Origin: Chiloscyllium plagiosum
Lineage: Eukaryota
Direction: 5' to 3'
Assembly: GCF_004010195.1 (NCBI RefSeq)
Contig: NC_057748.1
Location: forward strand, 10,602,428 to 10,666,427
Length of the DNA stretch: 64,000 nucleotides
The notes beneath the pieces were generated by a model. That model worked only from the letters and a program-made list of their open reading frames with translations. It ran no database searches and was not told the DNA's origin. Numbering within the stretch: position 1 is the stretch's first letter; each line of letters opens with the position of its first letter. A program made the position numbers and the translations under genes. Below are positions 38,991 to 59,137 of the stretch, one piece after another.

Positions 38991-40415
38991 AAGGAGACCT
39001 TTAACATTCTGATTGACTCATGAGACCCTTTTTTTTTCTTTTTTTTTTTTTTTTTTTTTTTTTTNNNNNNNNNNNNNNNNNNNNNNNNNNNNNNNNNNNN
39101 NNNNNNNNNNNNNNNNNNNNNNNNNNNNNNNNNNNNNNNNNNNNNNNNNNNNNNNNNNNNNNNNNNNNNNNNNNNNNNNNNNNNNNNNNNNNNNNNNNNN
39201 NNNNNNNNNNNNNNNNNNNNNNNNNNNNNNNNNNNNNNNNNNNNNNNNNNNNNNNNNNNNNNNNNNNNNNNNNNNNNNNNNNNNNNNNNNNNNNNNNNNN
39301 NNNNNNNNNNNNNNNNNNNNNNNNNNNNNNNNNNNNNNNNNNNNNNNNNNNNNNNNNNNNNNNNNNNNNNNNNNNNNNNNNNNNNNNNNNNNNNNNNNNN
39401 NNNNNNNNNNNNNNNNNNNNNNNNNNNNNNNNNNNNNNNNNNNNNNNNNNNNNNNNNNNNNNNNNNNNNNNNNNNNNNNNNNNNNNNNNNNNNNNNNNNN
39501 NNNNNNNNNNNNNNNNNNNNNNNNNNNNNNNNNNNNNNNNNNNNNNNNNNNNNNNNNNNNNNNNACTGACAAACCCTCTGTACAGTTCTGCAGAGTTTTA
39601 CATGGATTCATGCAGTTTTTGAGCAAAATAAAGCGTCATTCTGCAAAAACAAATTCACTCCATAAGCTTACATGTGTGTGCATGTCAGATTGAGTTTCCT
39701 TACAGATGCCTTGGGCAAAATTTGTAATCCTACACTCTTCTGGTCAGGATCAATGAAAGTGGATTTTTCTTTCACGTCAGGAGTTCCTGGGATATTGCTG
39801 TTGGGAAATTGTGAGTGGAATTTCTCCAGCTCTGTGTGGGGAAGGTTCCAGAAAAATAGCGAAGGGGTTGTGTCAGGGAGGGCTGTCCTGCGAATTCCAG
39901 TGACCGAAGGATTGAGAGGTGGGTCAGATACCCATTGAATAAAGAAGGACAACCGACTTAAATAGTTAAGGCCCTAACAGAGGGAAGACTGTGTGTCTAA
40001 TTCAGGTAGGTGCATTTTACCATCTGGGTGCAAATTATGATTTATGATTTTCATTTCAAACTAAGCAGTCTGATACTGAAGGTACTTCCCTTAGCTTCCT
40101 AATCATCTGGTTGAATACATGTACAAACAGATTCAAAATCAGCTGCTTACCTGCTGTTATCAGACGTTTGAAGAGACCTCTCAAATGTTATGTTGATCTC
40201 TCTGTGGGGCTGTAACACTACATTCTGCTCTGCCACCCTGATGCACTTTGTATGTATGAGCTGCCTGGTAGAGCACGCAAAACAACATCTTTCACTGTAT
40301 CTCAGTACATGTGACAACAATAAATTAAATCTTAAATACAGAAGGATGTGGAAACCAAGATAGAGGTGTGTTTACAGATTATAAACAGATGGATATGTCC
40401 TAATGTGGAACAAAG

Positions 40416-40737
40416 GGCTCAGTGGTTAGAATTGCTGCTTCACAGCACCAGGATCCTGGGTTCAATTCCCAGTCTCAAGTGACTGTCTGTGTGGAGTTTG
40501 CACATTCTTCCCAGTGTCTGCGTGGGTTTCCTCCGGGTGCTCCGGTTTCCTCCCACAATCCAAAGATGTGCAGGTTAGGTGAATTGGCCATTCTAAATTG
40601 CCCCCGTAATGTTAGATGCATTAGTCAGGGGTAAATATAGGGTAGGGGAATGGGTCTGGTTGGGTTAGTCTTCGGAAGGGCGTTGTGAACTTGTTGGGCC
40701 GAAGGGCCTGTTTCCATACTGTAGAGAATCTAATCTA
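40416..40737 (+). mobile_element. tRNA-derived SINE (HE1-like)
   Basis: A box ggctcagtgg, B box ggttcaattcc, CR1-shared tail ending in (ctaat)n. Confidence 0.85.
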
Positions 40738-41951
40738 AAAATAAACCCCAAGATTGCTGGAAAAGCTCAGCAGGTCTGGCAGCATGTATGGAGAGAAATC
40801 AGAGTTAATACTTCAGGTCCAATGACCCTTCTAATGTGTGTTCATGGGTCTTCACAACAGTTCAGGCCAGATTTCTAGGGTACTTTTAAGCAACATTTAT
40901 TATGTGATACCAAGACCATAGAGCCATAAGTTCAGGTTGTGACCTCCCAGCAGAGTATGAGCACATGACCAGGGGAGATCACAGCGACATCACAACTTAC
41001 CTCAGAAGCACATCACTTAACCCTATCCCTAAAAGATGGCCCTAACCCAACATTACCCAAACATCTCCTTATGGAAGAATTCCTACTGAACATTGAGGAG
41101 CAGAAGCATGTGAAACGAAAGCCACATGAGGGGGCAGAGAAATGACTTTAAGTGTTTTTTGTAGCTTTCCAATGTCAGGGAAAAACATCTTATGGTGTCA
41201 ACTTGGAGTTTTTTTTTAATCCCCCATCACGTCTTTATCATAAGTACATCAACACTTAGAAAATGGTTGTGAATGATTCCAAACACTGGTCCCCTCAGGC
41301 TGAAGAGGAACAGGGAGAGTCACTGGGAGATAGAAACCTTCTCATCGGTTCTCCACCCTCCAGTTATCTGAAGGGAGAGTCAGAGTAATGATAGCAAAGT
41401 CCTAGCATTCTCCTTCATATGTTTCGTACAAGATTCCCAGTCCAATGTTTGGGGGCCAATGAGTTCAAATTTCTCCACGTCGTTGGCAGGGTTTAACCAA
41501 CACCATCGAATTTAGATCACACAACCTTTGACAGGTATTAAAAAAAAATCCAGCTGGTTCACCAAATCCTTTAGGGAAAGGTATTGACAGTTCTTACCCA
41601 GTTTGGTCTAGGTGGCTTCAGTACTTCATTCATATGGATGGCATAATTAACCCTAAACTGGGCTAGTAAGCAAATCAGTTCAATGGATATTAATATGGGG
41701 GGGGGGAAATGTTGGTTTTCTTAATCATATCCTGTGAATTAGCAGAGCACTATGGATGTATGGAAGAATCCTTGCTGATTTTTCAGTATTTTTCTGTCAA
41801 TTTTGGTTTGGAGCTGAAGAGAACTTGACTTTCTTTTTTGAAGCTGCTAGTGGTTTAAAAAGAACAAATCATACAGTCATAGAGATGGAAACAGACCATT
41901 CGGTCCAACTCGTCCATACCGACCAGAAATCCTCACATATTCTAGTCCCAT

Positions 41952-44900
41952 TTAGAGTCATAGAGTCATAGAGATGTACAGCATGGAAACAGACCCTTCG
42001 GTCCAACCCGTCCATGCTGACCAGATATCCCAGCCTAATCTAGTCCCACCTGCCAGCACCCAGCCCATATCCCTTCAAACCCTTCCTATTCATATACCCA
42101 TCCAGGTGCCTTTTAAATGTTGCAATTGTACCAGCCTCCACCACTTCCTCTGGCAGCTCATTCCATACGCGTACCACCCTCTGCGTGAAAAAGTTGCCAC
42201 TTCGGTCCCTTTTATATCTTTCCCCTTTCACCCTCAACCTATGCCCTCTAGTTCTGGACTCCTCCACTCCAGGGAAAAGACCTTGTCTATTTACCCTTTC
42301 CATGCCCCTCATGATTTTGTAAACCTCTATAAGGTCACCCCTCGGCCTCCGATGCACCAGGGAACACAGCCCCAGCCTGTTCAGCCTCTACCTATAGCTC
42401 AAATCCTCCAACCCTGGCAACATCCTTGTAAATCTTTTCTGAACCCTTTCAAGTTTCACAATATCTTTGCAATAGGAAGGAGACCAGAATTGCACACAAT
42501 ATTCCAACAGTGGCCTAACCAATGTCCTGAACAGCCGCAACATGACCTCCCAACTCCTGTACTCAATACTCTGACCAGTAAAGAAAAGCATACCAAACAC
42601 CTTCTTCACTATCCTATCTACCTGTAACTCTACCTGTAACTCCACTTTCAAGGAGCTATGAACCTGCACTCCAAGGTTCCTTTGTTCAGCAACACTCCTA
42701 GGACCTTATCATTAAGTGTATAAGTCCTGCTAAGATTTGCTTTCCCAAAATGCAATACCTCAATTTATCTAAATTAAACTCCATCTGCCACTTCTCAGCC
42801 AATTGGCCCATCTGATCAAGATCCTGTTCTAATCTGGGGTAACCTTCTCTACTGTCCACTACACCTCCAATTTTGGTGTCATCTGCAAACTTACTAACTA
42901 TAAAAGTAATAGACCCAGCACTGATCCTTGTGGCACTCCACTGGTCACAGGCCTCCAGTCTGAAAAACAAACCTCCACTACCATCCTCTGTCTTCTACCT
43001 CTGAGCCAGTTCTGTATCCAAATGGATAAATCTCCATGAATTCCATGAGATATAACCTTGCTAACCACTCTCCTATGGGGAACCTTGTCGAATGCCTTAC
43101 TGAAGTCCATATAGATCACGTCTACTGCTCTGCCCTCATCAATCCTCTTTGTTACTTCTTCAAAAAACTCAATCAAATTTGTGAGACTTGATTTCCCATG
43201 CACAAAGCCATGTTGACTATCCCTAATCAGTCCTTGCCTTTCCAAATACATGTACATCCTGTCCCTCAGGATTCCCTTCAACAACTTGCCCACCACTGAT
43301 GTCAAACTCACCTGTCTATAGTTCTCTGGCTTGTCTGCCACCTTTCTTAAATAGTGACACCATGTTAGCCAATCTTCAGCCTTCTGGCACCTTACCTGTG
43401 ATTATCGATAAAACAAATATCTCAGCAAAAGGCCCAGCAATCACTTCCCTATCTTCCCACCGAGTTCTACAGTACACCTGATCAGGTTCTGGGGATTTAT
43501 CCACCTATATGCGTTTAAAGACATTCTATTACTTCCACGTCCTTTACCACAGTAAATACTGATGCAAAATACTTGTTTAGTAGCTCCCTCATCTCCTGAG
43601 GCTCCATTCAAAGGCCGCCTTGCTGATCTTTGTGGGGCCCTATTCTCTCCCTAGTTACCCTTTTGTCCTTAATGTATTTATAAACCCTTTGGATTCTCCT
43701 TAATTCTACTTGCCAAAGCTATCTCATGTCCCCTTTTTGCCCTCCTGATTTCCCACTTAAGTACACTCCTACTTCCTTTATACTCTTCTAAGGAGTCACT
43801 CGATCTATCCTGTCTATACCTGACATATGCTTCCTTCTTTTTCTTAACCAATCCCTCAATTTCTTTAGTCATCCAGCATTCTCTCTACCTACCAGCCTTC
43901 CCTTTCACCCTGACAGGAATATACTGTCTCTGGATTCTTGTTATCTCATTTCTGAAGGCTTCCCATTTTCCAGCCATCCCCTCACCTGTGAACATCTGCC
44001 CCCAATCAGGTTTTGAACGCTTTTGACTAATACTATCAAAATTGTCCTTTCTCCAATTTAGAACTTCAAGTTTTAGATCTGGTCTATCCTTTTCCATCAC
44101 TATTTTAAATCTAATAGAATTATGGTCGCTGGCCCCAAAGTGCTCCCCCACTGATACCTCAGTCACCTGCCCGGCCTTATTTCCCAAAAGTGGGCCAAGT
44201 TTTGCACCTTCTTTAGTGGGTACATCCACATAATGAGTCAGAAAAGTTTTGTGTACCTGCTTAACAAATTCCTCTCCAGCTAAACCTTTAACACTATGGC
44301 AGTCCCAGTTTACGTTTGGAAAGTTAAAATCCCCTACCATAACCACCCTATTATTCTTACAGATAACTGAGATCTCCTTACAAATTCAGTTCTCAATTTC
44401 CCTCTGACTATTAGGGGGTCTATAATACAATCCCAAAAAGGTGATCATCCCTTTCTTATTTCTCAGTTGTACCCAAATAACTTCCCTGGATGTATTTCTG
44501 GGAATATCCTCCCTCAGATAGCTGTAATGCTATCCCTCTGCAAAAACACCACTCCCCCTCCTCTCTTGCCCCCCTTCCTGTAGCATTTGTATCCTGAAAC
44601 TTTAAGCTGCCAGTCCTGCCCATCCCTGAGCCATGTTTTTGTAATTGCTATGATATCCCAGTCCCACGTTCCTAACCATGCCCTGAGTTCATCTGCCTTC
44701 CCTGTTAGGCCCCTTGCATTGAAATAAATACAGTTTAATGTATCAGTCCCACCTTGTTCTCTGCTTTGTCCCTGACTGTTTGACTCACTTCTTTTCTCAA
44801 CTGTACCAGTCTCAGATTGATCTCTTTCCTCACTATTTCTCTGGGTCCCACCACTACCTCCTTACTAGCTTAAATCCTCCTGAGCAGCTCTAGCAAATCT

Positions 44901-45595
44901 CTGTCAGTATATTAGTCCCCTTTCAATTTAGGTGCAATCCCTCCTTCTTCTATCAGTTACTTCTGCCCCAGAAGAGATTCCAATGATCCAAAAATGTGAA
45001 TCCTTCTCCCATGCACCAGCTCCTCAGCCACACGTTCATCTGCTCTATCCTCCTATTCCTGCCCTCACTAGTTTGTAGCACCGGGAGTAATCCAGGTATT
45101 ACTACTCTTGAGGACTTCCTTTTTAAATTCCTGCTTAACTCTGTAATCGCTCTTCAGAATCTCACCCTTTTCCCTTCCTATATTGTTAGTTCCAATGTGC
45201 ACAATGATCTTCTGCTGGTCCCTTGCGAACATTCTGCACCCTCTCACTAACATTCCTGATCCTGGTAACAGGGAGGCAACACACCGTTCTGATTTTTCAC
45301 TGCTAGCCACAGAAAAGTCTGCCCGTGCCTCAGACTAGAGAGTCCCCTATCACAAGCGATTGCTTGGAACCTGATGTACTCATTGCATTAGAGCCAGTCT
45401 CAATACCAGAAACTTGGCTGTATGCACTACGTTCCCCTGAGAATCCATCACCCCCTACATTTTCCAAAACAGCATACTTGTTTGAAATGAGGATAGCCAC
45501 AGAAGACTCTTGCACTACCTGCCTACCGCTTACCTTTCCTGGAGTTAACTCATCTATGTGACTAACTGTGGCTTTTCTCCCTTCTTATAACTGCC
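41952..45595 (-). mobile_element. Near full-length, frameshifted CR1 (HER1-like) LINE
   Basis: ORF1 esterase motifs VIGDSLV and VHIGTN; ORF2 endonuclease GDFNFP and SDH; reverse transcriptase NYR.VSLTSV, DFSKAFDKV, GVPQGSVLG, KFADDTK; (CTATGACT)n tail. Confidence 0.95.
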
Positions 45596-45599
45596 AAGT

Positions 45600-45923
45600 G
45601 GGCAGCATGGTGGCACAGTGGTTAGCACTGCTGCCTCACAGCGCCAGAGACCCGGGTTCAATTCCCACCTCAGGCGACTGACTGTGTGGAGTTTGCACGC
45701 TCTCCCAGTGTCTGCGTGAGTTTCCTCTGGGTGCTCCGGTTTCCTCCCACAGTCCAAAGATGTGCAGGTCAGGTGAATTGGCTATGCTAAAAATTGCCCG
45801 TAGTGTTAGGTAAGGGGTAAATGTAGGGGTATGGGTGGGTTGCACTTCGGCGGGGCGGTGTGGACTTGTTGGGCCGAAGGGCCTGTTTCCACACTAAGTA
45901 ATTAAAAAATGTAATCTAATCTA
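45600..45923 (+). mobile_element. Well-preserved tRNA-derived SINE (HE1-like)
   Basis: TGGCACAGTGG A box, GGTTCAATTCC B box, tail gttgggccgaagggcctgtttccacac shared with CR1. Confidence 0.9.
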
Positions 45924-45983
45924 TCACAACCCCTTGCTCTTGCAAATTCCTCACTGCCTCTCACTGGCATCCCAACCAATCCA

Positions 45984-46162
45984 CTAGGAGAAAAAAGGGA
46001 GGACGGCAGATGCTGGGGATCAGAACTTAAAAAACGTGATGCTGGCAAAGCGCAGCAGGTCAGGCAGCAAAGGAGAATTGACATTCAGAAGGGCCTATGC
46101 CCAAAACGTCGATTCTCCTTTGCTGCCTGACCTGCTGCGCTTTTCCAGCAACACTTTAAGCT
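45984..46162. mobile_element. Palindromic Penelope-derived mini-element
   Basis: 13-bp TSD cccaaccaatcca; inverted arms; hammerhead remnant gaagggcctatgcccaaaacgtcg. Confidence 0.75.
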
Positions 46163-46314
46163 CCCAACCAATCCATTCGATCTGATATAATCCTATCTGC
46201 AATAAATGCTGTTCTGAATCCTCAGTAACATGTAAACTCTCCCAAAACTCCCACAGCCAACAAGAGCAGAATCACTCCACTAAAGGGCAATTTTTGCTTC
46301 TTCCAATCTGCAGA

Positions 46315-46441
46315 CCCAGAAAGTGCAGTACAGTGGAGGGGTGGGAGGGACAGCCCAGTGCAGTACAGTGGAGGGGTGGGAGGGACTGCACTGGCACTGG
46401 GCGCTCCCTCCCACCCCTCCACTGTACTGCACTTTCTGGGT
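46315..46441. repeat. G/C-rich inverted repeat (hairpin) with an internal direct duplication
   Basis: acccagaaagtgcagtacagtggaggggtgggaggga ... tccctcccacccctccactgtactgcactttctgggt. Confidence 0.9.
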
Positions 46442-47106
46442 GGTGCTAGGAAAAGCACAGTGGGTTGGCAGCATCTGAAGACCAGGGGTGTCAATGTTTC
46501 AAGCCTGAGCTCTTGAGATGTGCATTCCTGATAAATACTCTGAAGATCTCATACTGGAGACGTCAACTCCCCTGTTCTTCAGAAGCTACCTGATTGGCTG
46601 TGCTTTCCTAGCACCTTTTTTGTCCAGATCTATGCCCGGTCAGTCAAACAATGCATTGTCAAAGTCCTTTGAATGCTTGTGTATCTGTGACCAGGGGCAG
46701 AAAGTGTGTTTTAAAACAGTAATTAGATTATCTGGCTTGCTTCCCACCTCCTTCATCCAGCTGGAGTTGTTTTTATCTTAAAGTATAAATACACAGTGTC
46801 TAAAATTGGTTATTTGAAAGTCCAGTTAGGAACCATTGGTAAAATGAAACCATCTAGATTTCCAATGCTGCAGATATAGTTGAAGTGCTGATTTAGTTCA
46901 ACTGCCTTAAACAGCAGCCAACCTTAGACTGCAGTTGCATGTCCTTTTTAAGAACAGGGACATTAAAGATAGACACATGTTGACATAATAGATAGCCCCT
47001 CAAGAAAAAGCCAGACTCCAATAGCTGTCAGATAAAAACAGTGGTACCAGAGATCTGAACAATGAAAGATTTAAAGTTCAATTAGTGAGGCAGAACAATT
47101 TAATTC

Positions 47107-47112
47107 TTTATT
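47107..47112 (-). terminator. Polyadenylation signal, copy E
   Basis: AATAAA about 85 nt after the stop. Confidence 0.75.
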
Positions 47113-47197
47113 ACAAGTTTGACCAAAAGGACATCGTCCAGGTGGCATTGGAAACAAGTAGACAAAGTTTACAAGAGATAATACACCCCATGCCCCA

Positions 47198-50536
<3,339 letters not shown>

Positions 50537-50649
50537 TTTTTTTTTGATAAATACAGTGCTACTTTCCTCCTCAAACCAATTCAAAGCCCAATCATAAACT
50601 TAGGACAAACACCAACAATACCTAAAACAGTACTACCTTTGAATTTTTA

Positions 50650-50829
50650 TTTATACCCAAGGTGCAGACCCTTATTTTTATTAAGCAGGAAATGACATAA
50701 TCAGTGATAGCCAATCACTCTTGTTAATCAGTTGGTCATGTCCAATCAGCGCAGGATGGGAATTGGATCCAGCAGCCAATTAGAATTGACAACTGGTCGG
50801 TGATAGAATTGCCGATTGACCTTTAACCT
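50650..50829 (-). promoter_or_regulatory. Copy E promoter module
   Basis: TATAAA 50650-50655, three CCAAT boxes, gttaatc, tgacctttaacct 50817-50829. Confidence 0.7.
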
Positions 50830-50929
50830 CCTGCACAAGTGCAAATTCTGTAAGTATATCTACCTGAAAATGACACTAAAACATATTCTAAAACTTCACT
50901 ATTGTATCTGAGGTTGTGAGTTAAGACAT

Positions 50930-51930
50930 GGGAGGGAAGGCTTCATGGTACACTGACAAGACCAAGCAGATGCTACGACAATGATGAATAGGTACCGTGC
51001 AACAGTCACCAGACAGGGGTGTTCCCTCCCAGTCCGAGGAACACTTCAGCGGCCACGGACAGTCAGCCTCGGATATTCAAGTGACCAACCTCCAAGGTGG
51101 ACTTCAGGATACGCAGCAACGCAGAGTGGCTGAGCAAAGGCTGATAGCCAAGTTCTGAACCCATGAGGATGGCCTTAACTGGGACCTTGGCTTCATGTCA
51201 CACTACAGGTGACCCAACTACACTATACATTCTCTCACAAACACACACACTCACGCAGACCCTTTCTCATACACACACACATACACCGCGCACACACACA
51301 CCTCTCACAGGCTTACACTCCATCATACCCACACACACTTTACCAAGCATGCACACACACAAACACGCACTCTCCCATGTGCACACTCATATTCTCTCTC
51401 TGTCTCATGTATGCACATACACATATAAGTCTTTGGAGTGAATTTGCATTTGCAGATACATTCTATTTTGCTCAAAAAATGCATAATCTGCAGACAGTCA
51501 ATCCATGTAATATTTTATAAATTCCAACTTTGAAAATAGAACCAGTCTGACTCAAGATTGGGATACAGACAGACTCTAACCTCACACCTTTAATGCATTG
51601 TCTGAGCTGAGATGTCACCTTTTTTAATAAAACCTTAAGTTAAGTCGAGAAGGTAACTTAATAGTAGTTCTGGGATTTACATATTAATGAACCAAAACCT
51701 GCAACCAAAGACGTAACAGCAATCTAGGTTTGTTCAATATAGCATTTCAGTTGCATGACACTGTAATCTCTTGCTATAAATTGTGTCTTTGGTTCCTGTT
51801 CCACAACCACTTGATGAAGGAGCAGCACACCGAAAGCTAATGCTTCCAAATAAACCTGTTGGACTATAACGTGGTGTGGTGAGATTTTTAACTTTGTCCA
51901 CCCCAGTCCAACACCTGCTCCTCCACAACA
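50930..51930 (+). mobile_element. Penelope-like element 3' portion inserted upstream of the copy E promoter
   Basis: Degenerate GIY-YIG (EHFSGHG.SASD...QQRRVAEQRLIAKF...GFMSHY), CA-rich tract and hammerhead remnant ttgatgaaggagcagcacaccgaaagcta near 51811. Confidence 0.85.
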
Positions 51931-51949
51931 TGGCCTTAGTGACTTCAAC

Positions 51950-52530
51950 ATTAGAGGGGATAGGTTTAAGACAAGCGGGGAAAGATTTAAAAGGGGACCT
52001 GAGTAGCAACTTTTTCAGAGGGAGAGTGCTGCGTACATGGAATGAGCTGCCAGAGGAAGTGGTGGAGGTGGGTACAAATACAGCATTTACAAGACATTTG
52101 GACAGATACATGAATAGGAAGGTTTTACAGGGACATGGGCCGTATGCAGGCAAATGGGCCTAGTTCAGTTTTGGAAACCCAGACAGCATGGACAGGTTGG
52201 GCTGAAAGGTATGCAAGACTCTGACTCTAATGGTGTACAACAGCATGTTCCTTTAGGGAGGCATGGTGGCTCAGTGGTTAGCACTGCTGCCTCACAGCAC
52301 CAGGGGCCTGGGTTTGATTCCAGCCTTGGGTGACTGTGTGGAGTTTGCATGTTCTCCCCATGTCTGTGTGGGTTTCCTCCCACAGTCCAAAGATGTGCAG
52401 GTTCTGTGGATCAGCTATGGGAAATGCAGGGTTAAGGGGATGGAGTGGGCCTGAACAGGAAGCTGTTCAGATGGTTGGTGTAGACTCAATGGGTTGAATG
52501 GCCTCAACTTGCACTGGAGGGAGTCCGTGG
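51950..52530 (+). mobile_element. CR1 3' end followed by an HE1-like SINE; paralogous pair at about 60420-61060
   Basis: WNELPEEVVE.GT..AFTRHLDRYMN, then a tggctcagtggttagcactgc head. Confidence 0.85.
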
Positions 52531-54010
52531 GTATGACTCGATTGTTTACAATAACAGGTGTTATGTTGTGGAACACCTCCCTGAAGGCTGCAGTGTATGC
52601 TCACTACAAAATTCACTCAAACTATCACCAGGAGAGCCCCCTCCCTAACCCACGATCCCCGAAACCCCAAAGATGAAGGAGCAGCTGTACAGGAGAGTCA
52701 GCATCTCCAGGTTTCTTCAGAATGACAGCACTCCCCAACTTGGAGAGAAATCACTGCTCCTGCAACATCACTGGGTCAAATCAAACTGCATCAGGAGAAT
52801 CCTTCAGCACATGGGAAGCTGGGAGGAAGCTAGGATCAGCTTGGAGTGCAAACTGCTGACTTTAGCAGCAAGAGTAAATCAGATGGAAGCATTGCTATGT
52901 TATTCCCAGATCACTGGCAACCTGCTCATTTCAGCTGTAGGTGACATTGAGAGTGTGTATTATAATCCAATGCAGCTCGGGAGAATTCCTTGAGCTGACT
53001 CCCTGGAATGCATCTGCTGGGACTGTTTGTGGTGAATTTTCCCAACTCTGAGCTAGCAGACTTGAAGTGTATTGAAAGGGCAGTAGTGGTGTTCAGAGTA
53101 AGTCCTCAGATAGGGAGGAACAGTGGGACAACATTACTTCAGGGAAACATCGCCCCCACTCTAGATTGACTCCTGGCAGAACTAGAGTAGGTATTTAATC
53201 AAGTTTCCTAGCAGGAGCTGCATGTTTGACTCAGACTGGAGAAATGGACTGGTCATTGTGCCCAACCGCTAGTGACTATAACAAGGCAAGAGGTGAAGAT
53301 CACAGGCCCCTGGGCTGGTCCTGGTCTGAATCCCAACTGGCTCCTGAGGCTAAAAGGAGAGGGAAAGAAAACAGCAACATTTAGAATATCCCGATCATGT
53401 CAGAGCTCCAGTGGGATCTGGATCAGACAAGTTGAGATCATATCATCCGCAGCTAAGCCAGTTCCTCCATCCATCCTGATGGACCATATCCAAGGCCGAC
53501 AGGAAGAGATGGCCAGATCTTGTCACCCAGATCATGTAGTCATTTATGGAGTACTGCCAAAGTGAATAAAGACATTGATGTGGAGGTGAACATTTGATGG
53601 GCAAATCTGGAAGTGAACATGGAATTAAAGATGTGGGATGTCTATAGAAATGGATGCCTGGACTTGATCTTGAGGTGGTTTGGAAACTTCCTTGCACAAA
53701 GTTTCCATGGGTACAATTGTACCCATCAGGTCCAGGAAGGTATAATTCTTGGACAAAAGAAAGGTTTGACAAGACTGCAATCCCCAATCTCATTCAAGTT
53801 TTTGTCAGGGGAACTTGAGTTTTAGACATGTCACAGAACTCCCATCTAGTTATCCTGTCCAATGGGGTGTGGGGAGAGAGAAGAGAGACATTTAGTGTGG
53901 TGTTTAGTCCAGTGAGGAACCAAATTGCAAAATGTTGGTCAAGCTCTCCAGAGATGCAAACAAATTCAAGTGAAGTATCAGTGGCCTGAATGATGGACAA
54001 TAAGCAAGAT

Positions 54011-54016
54011 TTTATT
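54011..54016 (-). terminator. Polyadenylation signal, copy F
   Basis: AATAAA about 130 nt after the stop. Confidence 0.72.
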
Positions 54017-54144
54017 CATTTCCATTTCAGGTGGTATAGCCATTACATTCTTGCCAACATGCACCTCCTGAGTGGGGGAAGCCAGATTGTCCAGGTGAAG
54101 TCAGTAATGCATTCAGACAAAAGCAGACAGTACCCCAGACCCCA

Positions 54145-58837
<4,693 letters not shown>

Positions 58838-58946
58838 TTTATAATGAATACTATACTATACTACTTGCCTACCCAAGACAAGTCACAGACCAACCACAAA
58901 CTTAGAATTACCACCAACAATACCTAAACCACCACAGCCTTTGGAC

Positions 58947-59137
58947 TTTTACTTAAACAGCAGGAGCAGACCCTCACTTTATTAAGCAGGAAATGACATC
59001 ATCAGTGATAGCCAATCATTCTTGTTAATCAATCGATCAGCTGCCATGTCCAATCAGGGCAGAATGGGAATTGGATCCAGGAGCCAATCAGAATTGACAA
59101 CAAGTTAATGATGGAATTACTGATTGATCTTTGACCT
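58947..59137 (-). promoter_or_regulatory. Copy F promoter module (TATA degenerate)
   Basis: TGACATCA, three CCAAT boxes, gttaatcaatcgat, tgatctttgacct 59125-59137; no TATAAA at the homologous position. Confidence 0.65.

Noticed and set aside
36650-39693. Long ORFs of 200-330 aa
   Set aside because: They consist mostly of N-gap translations; the same applies at 1333-2213 and 8117-8879.
41974-42627. 217-aa plus-strand ORF
   Set aside because: Antisense frame of the CR1 ORF2 3' end.
45600-45680. tRNA gene
   Set aside because: The A and B boxes continue into a SINE body and LINE-derived tail repeated many times in the window.
50537-50584. N-terminal extension of copy E ([16 protein letters not shown]) as a targeting peptide
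   Set aside because: The ORF starts at TTG in the 5' UTR, is not shared by other copies and is not hydrophobic or amphipathic.
52673-52993. Duplicated ORF (QNDSTPQLGEKSLLLQHHW...) as a novel protein
   Set aside because: The frames diverge outside the shared island because of indels and no family is recognised; treated as non-coding.
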